IMG/VR virus record: IMGVR_UViG_3300032243_000867 | Location: 32,001 to 96,000 of that record | DNA length: 64,000 nucleotides | Origin: a virus | Lineage: Duplodnaviria > Caudoviricetes | Direction: 5' to 3' (one strand) | Shown here: one piece after another, positions 1 through 9,276 of the stretch | Layout: the number at the start of each line of letters is the position of its first letter | How positions within the stretch are numbered: position 1 is the stretch's first letter | The notes under the pieces: model-generated | Seen by the model: only the letters and a program-made list of their open reading frames with translations | What the model was told of the DNA's origin: nothing | Databases searched by the model: none | Made by a program: the position numbers and the translations under genes

Positions 1-11
1 GGTGATCTGAC

Positions 12-236
12 ATGGCCGCGTACACAGGGACGGAAAGCATCCCGGCGATTCCTCCGGGCATCGCGACCGCCACGGGCCTTGTGACCGCCGTCCAAGGCAC
101 GCCGTCCATTCCCTCGGGCGGCGGCGGGATCGTGACCACCTACTACTACCGCACGGCTCTCGGTGTGCGGGGCAACACCACGAGCCTAGGGTCGATCCCC
201 GCGGGGTCGGTGATCGAGCGCATCGTCACGTCGTAG
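12..236 (+). CDS. small hypothetical protein, probably virion-associated (may be the 3' end of a gene starting before the window)
   Basis: 74-aa Gly/Thr/Pro-rich ORF directly upstream of a structural block. Confidence 0.5.
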   Translation: MAAYTGTESIPAIPPGIATATGLVTAVQGTPSIPSGGGGIVTTYYYRTALGVRGNTTSLGSIPAGSVIERIVTS

Positions 237-279
237 ACGGTCCGCGCCCCCCGTTCCCTAGCCTATACGGCACGGCTTT

Positions 280-2664
280 GTGATGCCCGCCAAGATCGCT
301 AAAATCGCCAAAGCCAACGTAGCCCTGCTTCGGCAAGAGACGCAGTTCTCCTGCTGTGCCGCCTCTATCGCATCCGCCTTGAAGGCCCACGGGAAGGACA
401 TGACCGAGGCCGGGGTCAACAAGGTGCTCGGTGCCAGCCCGATGGGCGGGGCGACGTGGGAGGCGATGCTGGCGACGGTGCAGTATTTCGGCCTTCGGGG
501 AACCCTCGTTGTCCCGTCCACCCTCGCCCAACTGAAGGCGTGGACCGACGCGGGCATCCCGGTCGTCATCGCTTGGAATCCCGAGGGTCGCCCGTGGTCG
601 CACGCCTCGTGCGTGTTTCATGTGGACGACGAGCAGAACGTCCACGTCATGGACCCCAACATCCCCGACCCCAGCGAGACGGTGAGAATCGTCCCCAAGT
701 CCGAGTTCTACCGGAAGTGGGCTGAGGCGGTGGGGGACAACCTCATCGTTCGCCGCCCCGCGATGGCGATTGAGCGCGAGGTCACGGCAGACGGTCGTCA
801 GGTCATGGCCAGCGGCAAAGAGGCGATTTTCTTTCAAGGCGTCACCCGAGAGATGGACCGCCTACGCCGCGAGAAGCTGGCACCCCCTTCTCGCAGCCCT
901 TCTCACCCGGCCCCCCCTAGCTGGAGGAAGTTGAAGGAGGAGGAAGAAGCCCCCAAGGTGAAGTCTTGGGTGGGCCGTCTGTTCGACAAAACCGGGGAAT
1001 CCGAGGAGGGCATCATGGCAGGCAAAAAGGAGCGCCGGTCGCTCAAGGACAAGAGCATGGCTCGGTTCCTTGAGCGCGGACCCGTGCGCCCCGCGGATAA
1101 GTCCGACGCCGCCAAGGCGATGTCCAAGGCCCAGTGGGAGCTCCGCAAAGAAGAGGGCCGCGCGGGCCTCCCGGGTGCGGGCCTCGGCGCGGGCTACCAC
1201 AAGGACAAGTCTCAGTACAACCGCGGGAATGGCAAAGGTATCGAGCGCGAGGCGGAAAGCCTCACCCAGCCCCTCATGACCCGCCGAGACTACGGCGCGG
1301 TCACGGCCAGCGACTACGCTAGCATCCTCAAGTACGCCGTGGACCTCCCCGCCGACGTGGAGCGGTACGTCGAAGAGGGCACCGATGCGGGGATGCCTGA
1401 AGACAAGGCGTGGGCCGTCGCATGGTCGCGGTACTGCAAGTACAAGAACCCCGAAAGCGAGCACTGTCAGATGAACAAGTCAGAGTATTTCCCCGGTCGC
1501 AAGGCCAAGTTCGAGCGCGGCGTGTCCATGACCGTGGACGAGGTGGCCGAAGTCGTCGGCCCCGAGTTCAAGGAGATGAACGAAGACCCGCCCGAGTCCG
1601 TGAAGAAAGTGATGGAGGGGATGCAGGGAAAGACGGCCCGCCGTTCGCCCCTCCTCGCGATGGAGCAGTTCGCGGATATGCTCCGGGACGGCAAGTTCGA
1701 GGAGGGAGTTCCCGCCGACCCCACCGAGAACATGAGCCCCGAGGACGCCGCCGAGTGGGAGCGTCAGACCGAGGAGCACAAGCACGAGTTCAAGGGGGCG
1801 TCTCTCGAAGCGGTGCTCCACCGCGACGACGACGGCACCGTGCCCTTCGACCTGTTCTTCAACCGCACCGCCGCCCCGAAGCTGGTGTGGAAGGTGAACC
1901 GAGTGCTGGGAGCCCAGTATGCCGAGACCCCTGTCGGTACCTACTGGATTCACCCAGAGGGGAGGAACTACGAGATCCGGCTCGACAACACCCCAGTGGG
2001 CTTCTCGGGGCAAGACCAGTACGCGGAAGACCCCTCGGCAGATGCCAAGAAGATGGTAGAGGCCCACTACGCCAAGGCTCTGCGGGGCAAGACTGCCGCT
2101 GTAACGGCGGGCGGCAAATGGGGCTTCACCAAGGGCACCGAGAGTGCGTGTACGGCGGGGGTGAACAAGCTCTCGAAGTCGGCGTCTCGCATCGCCAAGG
2201 CTCTGTACGCGAAGGACGAAGGCTCGGTGGGCTTCCTCCAGAAGCACTCGGCGAAGGCGGGCAGCAAGACGGCTTCGATGCTTCTCAAGGCGATGGAAGA
2301 CATCGGCCCGATGGCGGCTCTCGCCAAGAACGGCAAAACCGCTGGCAAGTCGGGCAACGGCCTGTACGGCTTCAGCGAGAAGACCGCCAAGCTGGGCCTC
2401 GACGCTTGCAGCGCCCTTCACCACGAGGCGGGCGTGATCGCCGCTGACCTGTTCGCCCGCAAGGGTGCCGACCCCGTGAAGGTGGCGGGCTACCTCACGG
2501 CGAACGCCAAGAAGGGCAAGTGCGCGTTCAGCGACTTGCTCGCAGAAGTCGCCCCGGACGTGGCCGTGGAAGTCACGGGCTCGGTCAAGAAGAAGGCCAC
2601 GGACTTCCTCGCGGCGGACGAGAACGCCGACGACGAAGTGGCCGACATCATCAGCAAGTGCTGA
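280..2664 (+). CDS. multidomain putative virion protein with N-terminal C39-like cysteine peptidase
   Basis: QETQFSCCAAS (Cys), WSHASC (His) and VMDPN (Asp) fit the C39 papain-like arrangement; the rest is modular and charged. Confidence 0.7.
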   Translation: MMPAKIAKIAKANVALLRQETQFSCCAASIASALKAHGKDMTEAGVNKVLGASPMGGATWEAMLATVQYFGLRGTLVVPSTLAQLKAWTDAGIPVVIAWNPEGRPWSHASCVFHVDDEQNVHVMDPNIPDPSETVRIVPKSEFYRKWAEAVGDNLIVRRPAMAIEREVTADGRQVMASGKEAIFFQGVTREMDRLRREKLAPPSRSPSHPAPPSWRKLKEEEEAPKVKSWVGRLFDKTGESEEGIMAGKKERRSLKDKSMARFLERGPVRPADKSDAAKAMSKAQWELRKEEGRAGLPGAGLGAGYHKDKSQYNRGNGKGIEREAESLTQPLMTRRDYGAVTASDYASILKYAVDLPADVERYVEEGTDAGMPEDKAWAVAWSRYCKYKNPESEHCQMNKSEYFPGRKAKFERGVSMTVDEVAEVVGPEFKEMNEDPPESVKKVMEGMQGKTARRSPLLAMEQFADMLRDGKFEEGVPADPTENMSPEDAAEWERQTEEHKHEFKGASLEAVLHRDDDGTVPFDLFFNRTAAPKLVWKVNRVLGAQYAETPVGTYWIHPEGRNYEIRLDNTPVGFSGQDQYAEDPSADAKKMVEAHYAKALRGKTAAVTAGGKWGFTKGTESACTAGVNKLSKSASRIAKALYAKDEGSVGFLQKHSAKAGSKTASMLLKAMEDIGPMAALAKNGKTAGKSGNGLYGFSEKTAKLGLDACSALHHEAGVIAADLFARKGADPVKVAGYLTANAKKGKCAFSDLLAEVAPDVAVEVTGSVKKKATDFLAADENADDEVADIISKC

Positions 2665-2676
2665 AGGGGTCGCACC

Positions 2677-4083
2677 GTGGACCTGATCGCCCGCGTTGAG
2701 ACCCCCGAGTCCCGCGCGTTTGCACGGGACGAAGCCGCACGGGCGAAGCACGCCCAGGGTGCCGTGCGGGCGTTTCGGGCGCTGGCGGTGGCTTCCGCCC
2801 CGATGGCGGAAGAGGCGAAAGCTGCGTTCCCCGGTAGGGATCAGCAGTCCCTCGACCGACGGTTGCGGGCGTTCACCAAACTGGCGAAGGAAAACGACGC
2901 CGTCCAGAAGTACCTCGACCAGTGGATCGGCACGGAGGACGTAGACCCGTCCGCGTACTCCTGGCGGTCGAAGATCACCTACGCCCTGCGGGACTACCTA
3001 CTGGGCGGGCTGAAACTCTCTGATACCGTGGCGGTGGTCGAGAAGTACGCGCTGGTGAGCTTTCAGGCCATCACCATGCACGCGGTACAGGCCCCCATCC
3101 GTGAAGCCCTGCCCGCGGAGGTGATGGCGTACCTCCCGAAGACGGTGGTGGTGAAGGTGGACCCGAAGGGGAAGATCACCGAGGTCACCGACCGTTTCAA
3201 GAACGAGTACTTCACGTTGGCCCTGAAGGCCAAGCAGATGCGGAAGATCCTCGCGGGCTACAACCGCATCGCCCGTGAGGTGAAGAAGGATCTCAAGAGC
3301 CCGGACGAGACGACCCGCCTATCGGCCATCGTCACGTCGATCATCATGGAAACGGGCATTCGTCCCGGCAAAATCGGCAACGGCAAGGTGGTGTTGAAGG
3401 GCGGGTCGGAGGAGTTCGTCGAAACCTTCGGCGCGGCGACGCTGGGACCTTCGCACGTCAAGTTCGTGCGGGACAACTTCGCGGAACTGGAGTTCGCGGG
3501 CAAGAAGGGCGGCATCAACACGGCCCGGTTGTCCGACGCCGACATTGTGAAGGTGCTGAAGGACTATGTCGCCAAGGCGCTGAAGTCGGGCTCCCCCTAC
3601 ATCTTCGTGACGAAGGGCGGCACCCCTTACGACTACAACGACCTCGACAGGTACTTCCGGCAGAAGATGGAAGGCATCAACCCCACGGACTTCCGAAAGC
3701 TCCGAGCAACCGAGGAAGTGCTGAACGCCATCGTTGAGGAGCAAGAGGGCCTGTACGGGCGCATTCGCAAGCTCAAGTCTCTCAAGAAGGATGCCCTCAA
3801 GCAAGCCATCGTGTCCGAGGTGGTAGCCACCCTTCAGCGGGCCATCGAGCGGTCCCAATCCGCCCTATCGCACGAGAGCGATACGACCACGGTGGAGAGC
3901 TACATCCACCCCGGCGTTCTGTTTCGGTTCCTGTCTACGGGGCGGCTCGAAAAGAATCTGGACGACCTGCTGGCGACGGGCAAGACGGAACTGAAGTTCG
4001 ACCCCGAAGCGTTCCTCTCCCAAGCGATGGGTAAGAAGGCTTCGGCCTCTCGCGTCGCCGCGCAGTACCTCAGTTCGCGGTAA
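2677..4083 (+). CDS. DNA topoisomerase IB-like protein
   Basis: TopIB catalytic set in order: ETGIRPG (R), FAGKKG (K), TDFRKLRAT (R), LSHE...SYIHP (H, Y). Confidence 0.8.
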   Translation: MDLIARVETPESRAFARDEAARAKHAQGAVRAFRALAVASAPMAEEAKAAFPGRDQQSLDRRLRAFTKLAKENDAVQKYLDQWIGTEDVDPSAYSWRSKITYALRDYLLGGLKLSDTVAVVEKYALVSFQAITMHAVQAPIREALPAEVMAYLPKTVVVKVDPKGKITEVTDRFKNEYFTLALKAKQMRKILAGYNRIAREVKKDLKSPDETTRLSAIVTSIIMETGIRPGKIGNGKVVLKGGSEEFVETFGAATLGPSHVKFVRDNFAELEFAGKKGGINTARLSDADIVKVLKDYVAKALKSGSPYIFVTKGGTPYDYNDLDRYFRQKMEGINPTDFRKLRATEEVLNAIVEEQEGLYGRIRKLKSLKKDALKQAIVSEVVATLQRAIERSQSALSHESDTTTVESYIHPGVLFRFLSTGRLEKNLDDLLATGKTELKFDPEAFLSQAMGKKASASRVAAQYLSSR

Positions 4084-4378
4084 ACCTGTGAAAATCCCAA
4101 TCCGGGCGGGTGCCCGTGACGGATACCTCGACTCCCATCTCGTAACCCGCGTCGTAAGCGCAGTTGTCGCCCTCTCTCAAAGAGGGGTCGCGGCCCATTC
4201 CTTCACGGCCCATAACGTAGCCCGCGGCGAACGAACCCCGGTCACCGAAGGGTGCCGGAACTTCGCCCCAGCGTAGGCGGTTGACCTCCATCGTGAGGAG
4301 GGTGTCTTGCTTTTTACCGCCGAGGAAGTTGGGGTCGTTCCTAGCGGCTAGATGGAACAGAACGGCGTACGGGTTCAC
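4070..4378 (-). CDS. hypothetical protein
   Basis: GTG start overlaps the TGA of the upstream methyltransferase (GTGA coupling). Confidence 0.55.
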   Translation of the reverse strand: MNPYAVLFHLAARNDPNFLGGKKQDTLLTMEVNRLRWGEVPAPFGDRGSFAAGYVMGREGMGRDPSLREGDNCAYDAGYEMGVEVSVTGTRPDWDFHRFTAN

Positions 4379-4941
4379 AGTCTTTTCCCCCATGTCGTGG
4401 CGTCGAGCCTGTCAGGGTTGGGGTTGTAGGGGTGTTGTTCAGAATTCGCTATTCCCGCAAGCTCTTCATGGTGCAGCGTGCGGTCCGGGCGGGGGTCGTT
4501 ACCGTAGTGAATCATTACGTTCCATCGGCAGGGTAGGCACTTCACGGTGCCCCTCAACACGAGGTGGGAGAACAGGTCGGGCGTCCCGCAAGCGGTCCCG
4601 TCCGTGTTCTTGCCGACGTAGAGGACGTGGGGGATGGAGCGGAGAATCCCCGTCAATCCCATCAGCGTGTAGTTCTGGGGCCAGCACAGGACGGCCACCT
4701 CTACGCCCTCCGGGCACTTCCAATGCGCGAAGTAGCTCTGATGTACCTCGACCTTGGGGTGCTCCACGGGACACGGTCCCTTGTCCACGGCGTGGACGAG
4801 CGTAGCCCCCATGTCGGCCATCGTGCGGGAGAGCTCGCCGCTACCGCATCCTAAGTCCGCGACCGCGCGCCCTTCGACCACAGTGCGGAGGTAGGCCAAC
4901 TGTTCCTCTGACAGCGTGTAGTAGGTGCCCGTCCTGCTCAT
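4375..4941 (-). CDS. class I SAM-dependent methyltransferase
   Basis: VADLGCGSG motif I and HAVD motif II; start re-called at ATG 4941, coupled to the upstream minigene stop. Confidence 0.75.
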   Translation of the reverse strand: MSRTGTYYTLSEEQLAYLRTVVEGRAVADLGCGSGELSRTMADMGATLVHAVDKGPCPVEHPKVEVHQSYFAHWKCPEGVEVAVLCWPQNYTLMGLTGILRSIPHVLYVGKNTDGTACGTPDLFSHLVLRGTVKCLPCRWNVMIHYGNDPRPDRTLHHEELAGIANSEQHPYNPNPDRLDATTWGKRL

Positions 4942-5111
4942 CGGGGTTCCTTTCCCCGCAGCGCGCACCGAAACCCCAGGTTGAGGATCCGGTACGCAGG
5001 CACGCTCGTGTGGCGAGACGCCGCGCTCACCCACGACGGTACGTTGAGGCCCCAACTGCCGCCGCGGATGACGAGGTAACGGGTGTCGGTGGGCTTTGTG
5101 GGGGGTTTCAC
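4938..5111 (-). CDS. FGE/CLec variable-region-like minigene, copy A (57 aa)
   Basis: Hand translation VKPPTKPTDTRYLVIRGGSWGLNVPSWVSAASRHTSVPAYRILNLGFRCALRGKEPR; GTGA/ATGA overlaps at both ends. Confidence 0.75.
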   Translation of the reverse strand: MKPPTKPTDTRYLVIRGGSWGLNVPSWVSAASRHTSVPAYRILNLGFRCALRGKEPR

Positions 5112-5251
5112 GGCTCACCCCGGAACAGGATGTAGAAGAGGAGGCACAGCGCGGCCACGGTGAACGGGGATACCTGTAGATCGAACCGCTCTGAGAGCGT
5201 GAGGTCTTCCCAGCTTGGGATGCGGCAGTCGTCGTCGGGTTCGCGGGGCAT
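5108..5251 (-). CDS. small membrane protein (47 aa)
   Basis: MPREPDDDCRIPSWEDLTLSERFDLQVSPFTVAALCLLFYILFRGEP; GGGCGTAA motif 9 nt upstream; hydrophobic C-terminus. Confidence 0.55.
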   Translation of the reverse strand: MPREPDDDCRIPSWEDLTLSERFDLQVSPFTVAALCLLFYILFRGEP

Positions 5252-5285
5252 ATCCCGCTTTTACGCCCGTTCAATCCGTTAGCTA

Positions 5286-5369
5286 GGCTACGCACAAGCC
5301 CGCGACGTGAACGCGGCCCTCAACCTACGAGGTTGGGGAATGAGACGGACCCGTAAGTATCGGAGTTCA
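5286..5369 (+). mobile_element. remnant of the TnpB element (3' end of tnpB fused to the right end)
   Basis: Encodes GYAQARDVNAALNLRGWG versus GYAQDRDVNAALNLRGWG in the tnpB at 58873-60111; terminal 26 nt match the element end at 25/26. Confidence 0.85.
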
Positions 5370-5387
5370 CGCCCGTAGGGTACGAGC

Positions 5388-7817
5388 ATGACCAAAGTTC
5401 CCGACCATCAAATGCGCGCGGCGATGAACACCGTCGCGGCGTCGAACCCTTCCGTCAACTGGGCGTCCCTCGCCGTGGGAATCGCGCGGGTGAAGGAGGT
5501 TCAGTACGAGGAGATGAAGGTCACCTTGGTGGTCCTCACGGGGGAGTCTCAGGTGGCCGAGTACACCGGGGTGGACATCACCCTTCCCGGTGGGGGCAAA
5601 CGTCATTTTTTTGGTGCTATTCCCGAGCGCGGGGACATCTGTTACGTCACATGGGGGGCGCGAGAAAGCGCCGGAACGGCCAGTGCGAAGGCCCCGGTGA
5701 TTCTAGGGTGGGTCCCAGCCGCTCAGTGGATGGGGCACGAGTGGATTCCGTTTCAGGCGATGGAACGGGGGGAGAACATGGACACCCCCAGCGACCGTGC
5801 GGTGACCTCGGGCACGTTCGAGCGGGTGCGCTTCAAGATGCGCCACCTCGCCCCCGGCAACGTGTTCGCAAGTTCCTCCCAGGGCAGTGACTTGGTGATG
5901 GACGAAGGGGTGTCGATCTCGAACCGCCGCGGAAACGAGATTCGTCTCCGCGACAGCGATCAAGCACTGGTCACACGGTCGCTTCAGCAGTATCACGCGA
6001 TGGCGGGGGCTCGAATCTACTCCGGGATGGTCCACCGCGAGTCCCGGCTACTACCCAGCACGCTATTCAGCGACGGGGTGTACTGGGATAACAGCCCTCA
6101 GACGGTCGGAGACAACGCCCCGCGTAGCGCCCTCGGTTCTTCCCCCTTCCCCGAGAGGTACTTGACGCCGGGGGAGATTTTCGAGCGAAACGTCGGGGCG
6201 TCGTCTTCGGGCTTCGCTCTAGCTAACGGGACTTTCCCCGCACGCCTGGACCCCTTCGTATTCCTCCAGTGGGGGGGATTGATCGACGCGAACGGGTACC
6301 GAATCGACAACTCCTTTCCCAGCGGGGGTGGAGGGGTATCCAACACCACCTACGGCGGGAAACCTCTGTATCGGATCGGACTGCGCCCGAACGGAGGGGT
6401 GGACAATGCCGTCGCGCGGACGGATCAGCAGAACACGACCCCGGTTGATTCCCTGACCGAGTACCGAGTTGAGGTAACGCACACCAGCAACGGGCTTCTT
6501 CCGGTCACGGAACAGACGGACGGTTTCGACGCGGAGAGACTCCCGGCCTCCGTACCCACGGCGGGTTCCCCCACGGGTCAGGGCCGTCTACCGTTCATCG
6601 AATGGGTCCTCGGGTCTGTCGTCGGCAACGATCCGTTCTCCCTCCAGGGTCGCCCTCTCTACGGGTTGCCTCTGAAGGCGCAGATACAAGACCCGTCGGG
6701 AAATGTGTCTCCCGCGATGATCTCCGCCCTTACGTCTCCTCTTGGTGACCACGCGGCGACTTTGTTCCGCCTCGTATCCCCAGTTCCAGGCCCGAACGGA
6801 TCGACCCAGAGCAGTTTCACCAGCTTCACGAAGGACGGAAGGTTCCGCGCGTACCTAGCTGGCGGGCCTGTCAGCGCGGAAGTAGCCACGGAACGGGACC
6901 TATCCCTCACCGTGGGCGGGGTTCTCAACCTCAAGCTAGCGGGCGGAATCAACATCAACGGCGCGACGGGTCCGGGGAACGTCGGTCTGAACCTCGGAAG
7001 CGCCACGGGTGCAGTGGTGATCTCGGGCGGGGGAGCCCTCAACGCGAACGTCGCAGCCCAGGCCACAGCCCCGAACTCCCTCGGGAACGTCACCCCTTCG
7101 GTGGTGGTGGACGGCGCTCAGGGCGTCCAAGTGCAGTCCGACGCGCAGGTGAACATCAGCGCCTCGCAGTCGGTGAACATCGCCAACACGGGCAACATCA
7201 ACTTTAGAGCCCAGAACCAAATCAGCATCCGTTCCGGCGGAAACGTCAGCCTGTCCGCGCAAACGCACAGCGTCGTCATCACCGGCAACGAAACCGTCAA
7301 CTACAGCGGCCCCGAAGGCGCGAACCCCGCGAACGGCCCCACCCGCTCTGTGCGCCTCGCTAGCACGCCGGGAACGGGGAACCTCGGCGGCACCGTGGAC
7401 CGCTACCGGATGGTGTACGGCGACCGCGAGGAAGTGTTCGAGACAAGGGGCAACCACAGCACCAGCATCATCGGGCAGGGGAACCTCACCTACGAGACCA
7501 ACCTCGGTAGGTTCCGGGCGCGGGCGGGCACCAACCAAATAGACGTTGACAGCACCAGCGGCATCACGGCCACGGTCGCGGTCGGGAACGTATCCGTCAC
7601 CGCCAGCGTCGGGGGCGTTTCTATCACCGGGCAGACGGATGCCACCCTCCGGGCCATCACGGGGACGGCCACGGTAGCGGGCGCGACGGGCGTGCGGCTC
7701 GTCAGTCCCGGCCCCGCCAATGGAGGAATCTTGGCTGGGAGCGACCTCGACCCGCTCACGGGTATCCCCTACGCGACGTTCATCGCGCCCCGTAACCAGA
7801 CCCTCGCCCCGGCCTAG
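5388..7817 (+). CDS. baseplate hub/spike protein (gp5/VgrG-like)
   Basis: N-terminal OB-like region (IPERGDICYV) and long C-terminal Gly/Ser/Thr/Val/Asn beta-helix-like repeats. Confidence 0.65.
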   Translation: MTKVPDHQMRAAMNTVAASNPSVNWASLAVGIARVKEVQYEEMKVTLVVLTGESQVAEYTGVDITLPGGGKRHFFGAIPERGDICYVTWGARESAGTASAKAPVILGWVPAAQWMGHEWIPFQAMERGENMDTPSDRAVTSGTFERVRFKMRHLAPGNVFASSSQGSDLVMDEGVSISNRRGNEIRLRDSDQALVTRSLQQYHAMAGARIYSGMVHRESRLLPSTLFSDGVYWDNSPQTVGDNAPRSALGSSPFPERYLTPGEIFERNVGASSSGFALANGTFPARLDPFVFLQWGGLIDANGYRIDNSFPSGGGGVSNTTYGGKPLYRIGLRPNGGVDNAVARTDQQNTTPVDSLTEYRVEVTHTSNGLLPVTEQTDGFDAERLPASVPTAGSPTGQGRLPFIEWVLGSVVGNDPFSLQGRPLYGLPLKAQIQDPSGNVSPAMISALTSPLGDHAATLFRLVSPVPGPNGSTQSSFTSFTKDGRFRAYLAGGPVSAEVATERDLSLTVGGVLNLKLAGGININGATGPGNVGLNLGSATGAVVISGGGALNANVAAQATAPNSLGNVTPSVVVDGAQGVQVQSDAQVNISASQSVNIANTGNINFRAQNQISIRSGGNVSLSAQTHSVVITGNETVNYSGPEGANPANGPTRSVRLASTPGTGNLGGTVDRYRMVYGDREEVFETRGNHSTSIIGQGNLTYETNLGRFRARAGTNQIDVDSTSGITATVAVGNVSVTASVGGVSITGQTDATLRAITGTATVAGATGVRLVSPGPANGGILAGSDLDPLTGIPYATFIAPRNQTLAPA

Positions 7818-7821
7818 CCCG

Positions 7822-7851
7822 CCTATAGGGTTGCACCTGTAGAGGTGCCCG
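7822..7851 (+). promoter_or_regulatory. putative late promoter CCTATA-N12-TAGAGGTGCCCG
   Basis: Same layout recurs at 30812-30841; both copies lie 1-2 nt before an ATG. Confidence 0.5.
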
Positions 7852-7852
7852 T

Positions 7853-8650
7853 ATGTCCATCGTGCTGAACGGCGAGAAGATCGCCACCCCCGGCCTTGAA
7901 ACCTTCTCGTGGCTCGACGACCACAACGTCCCCAAGACCACGGACGTGAACCCGCGCACGCAGTGGCTTCGGGCCATCGTGATGCACACGGTATCGGGCA
8001 AGGTCGGGGGCTTGAAGCCCGGTCTGTCCGCGCCGTCGTCGCGCGCGGAGTCCTACGCCAAGTACCAAGCGAACACCAGCCGCGACGTGTCGTGGGACTA
8101 CACCATCGACACGGACGGAACCATCATCGCTAGCAACGACCCGCTCAAGTTCTACACCTGGCAAGCCACGTCGGTGAACCCCTTCACCCTCGGGATCGAA
8201 CTCGTGCAGGAGGACAACGGCGACCTGTACGAAGGCCAAATGGACGTGGCCGTGCGGTTCCTCGACCTACTCACCCGCGAGCTCGCGGACCGGGGTCACC
8301 CGATCCAGCGACAGGTGCCGATGACGATGGACGGGAAGCCCGTGAAGGGGATCGTGAAGCGCATCGAGGACTCGTCCCAAGCCAAGAACTTCTCTGGTGT
8401 GGTGGGCCATCGCAATCAGACCACGAACCGTGGACCCGGCGATCCCGGCGATCATATCTTCAACGCGCTGTTGAAGGCGGGGTACAAGGGATTCAACCTC
8501 GACGCGAACGACGACGTAAGGTTCTGGAAGGACATTCAGACCCGTCTGAACCTGTCCCCGGCGGACGGCATTCCCGGTCGCGGCACGCAGCAAGCCCTCA
8601 TCGCGGCGGGCTACAAACACGGGCTGATGGTCACCCGCCCCGGTGACTGA
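7853..8650 (+). CDS. N-acetylmuramoyl-L-alanine amidase (endolysin) with C-terminal peptidoglycan-binding domain
   Basis: IVMHT, WDYTIDTDG, LGIEL, VVGH...DPG amidase_2 motifs; IQTRLNL..ADGIPGRGT PG-binding motif. Confidence 0.85.
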   Translation: MSIVLNGEKIATPGLETFSWLDDHNVPKTTDVNPRTQWLRAIVMHTVSGKVGGLKPGLSAPSSRAESYAKYQANTSRDVSWDYTIDTDGTIIASNDPLKFYTWQATSVNPFTLGIELVQEDNGDLYEGQMDVAVRFLDLLTRELADRGHPIQRQVPMTMDGKPVKGIVKRIEDSSQAKNFSGVVGHRNQTTNRGPGDPGDHIFNALLKAGYKGFNLDANDDVRFWKDIQTRLNLSPADGIPGRGTQQALIAAGYKHGLMVTRPGD

Positions 8651-8656
8651 TCCCGG

Positions 8657-9235
8657 TCAGTCGTCTTCGCGGCTGTAATCGGTCGGCGTCCCTCGGGCGG
8701 CGAGCGCACGGTAGAACACCTCGCGGCAGTCGAGGGCGTCTTGGAGGGCCGTGTGGGCACCCTCCCGCGACAGGCCCAGATGATCTCGAAGGCTGTCCAG
8801 CGAGAGCTTGAGGTTCCCGTCCAGCCCCCACGCCATGTACGCCACCGTGGTGGTGTCGATGGTGCGGTGTGAAATCCGGGCGTCCACCCCCGCGCGCTTC
8901 AGTTCCGCCGCGATGAACCCCGTGTCGAACTTCGGGTTGTGACCGATGATCGTTCCACCCTTCAGGTGCTCGACCAGTTCCCCGGCGATGGCGCTGAAGG
9001 GTGGGGCGTTCGCCCACGCTTCGGGCGTGTACCCGTTGACCTTCAACGCGACGGGTTCAGCCGTCTCGATGTGCTGCGGGGCGACCTTCCGTGACCACAT
9101 GAGAGTGATCTTCCCCGGCCCCGTGTACGGGTACTCGACCTCTTCGCGCACGATGGCGACCTCGATCACCTCGTTGACGGTGGGGTCGAGCCCGGTGGTC
9201 TCGGTGTCGAGGTAGATGCGAACGATGGTTTCCAT
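8657..9235 (-). CDS. DEDDh 3'-5' exonuclease (Pol III epsilon-like)
   Basis: YLDTETTG, GHNPKFD and HTALQDA Exo I-III motifs. Confidence 0.9.
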   Translation of the reverse strand: METIVRIYLDTETTGLDPTVNEVIEVAIVREEVEYPYTGPGKITLMWSRKVAPQHIETAEPVALKVNGYTPEAWANAPPFSAIAGELVEHLKGGTIIGHNPKFDTGFIAAELKRAGVDARISHRTIDTTTVAYMAWGLDGNLKLSLDSLRDHLGLSREGAHTALQDALDCREVFYRALAARGTPTDYSREDD

Positions 9236-9276
9236 AGGGTAGGTTTCCTATCGGCCCGCAAGGGTGAGGAGTCTAC

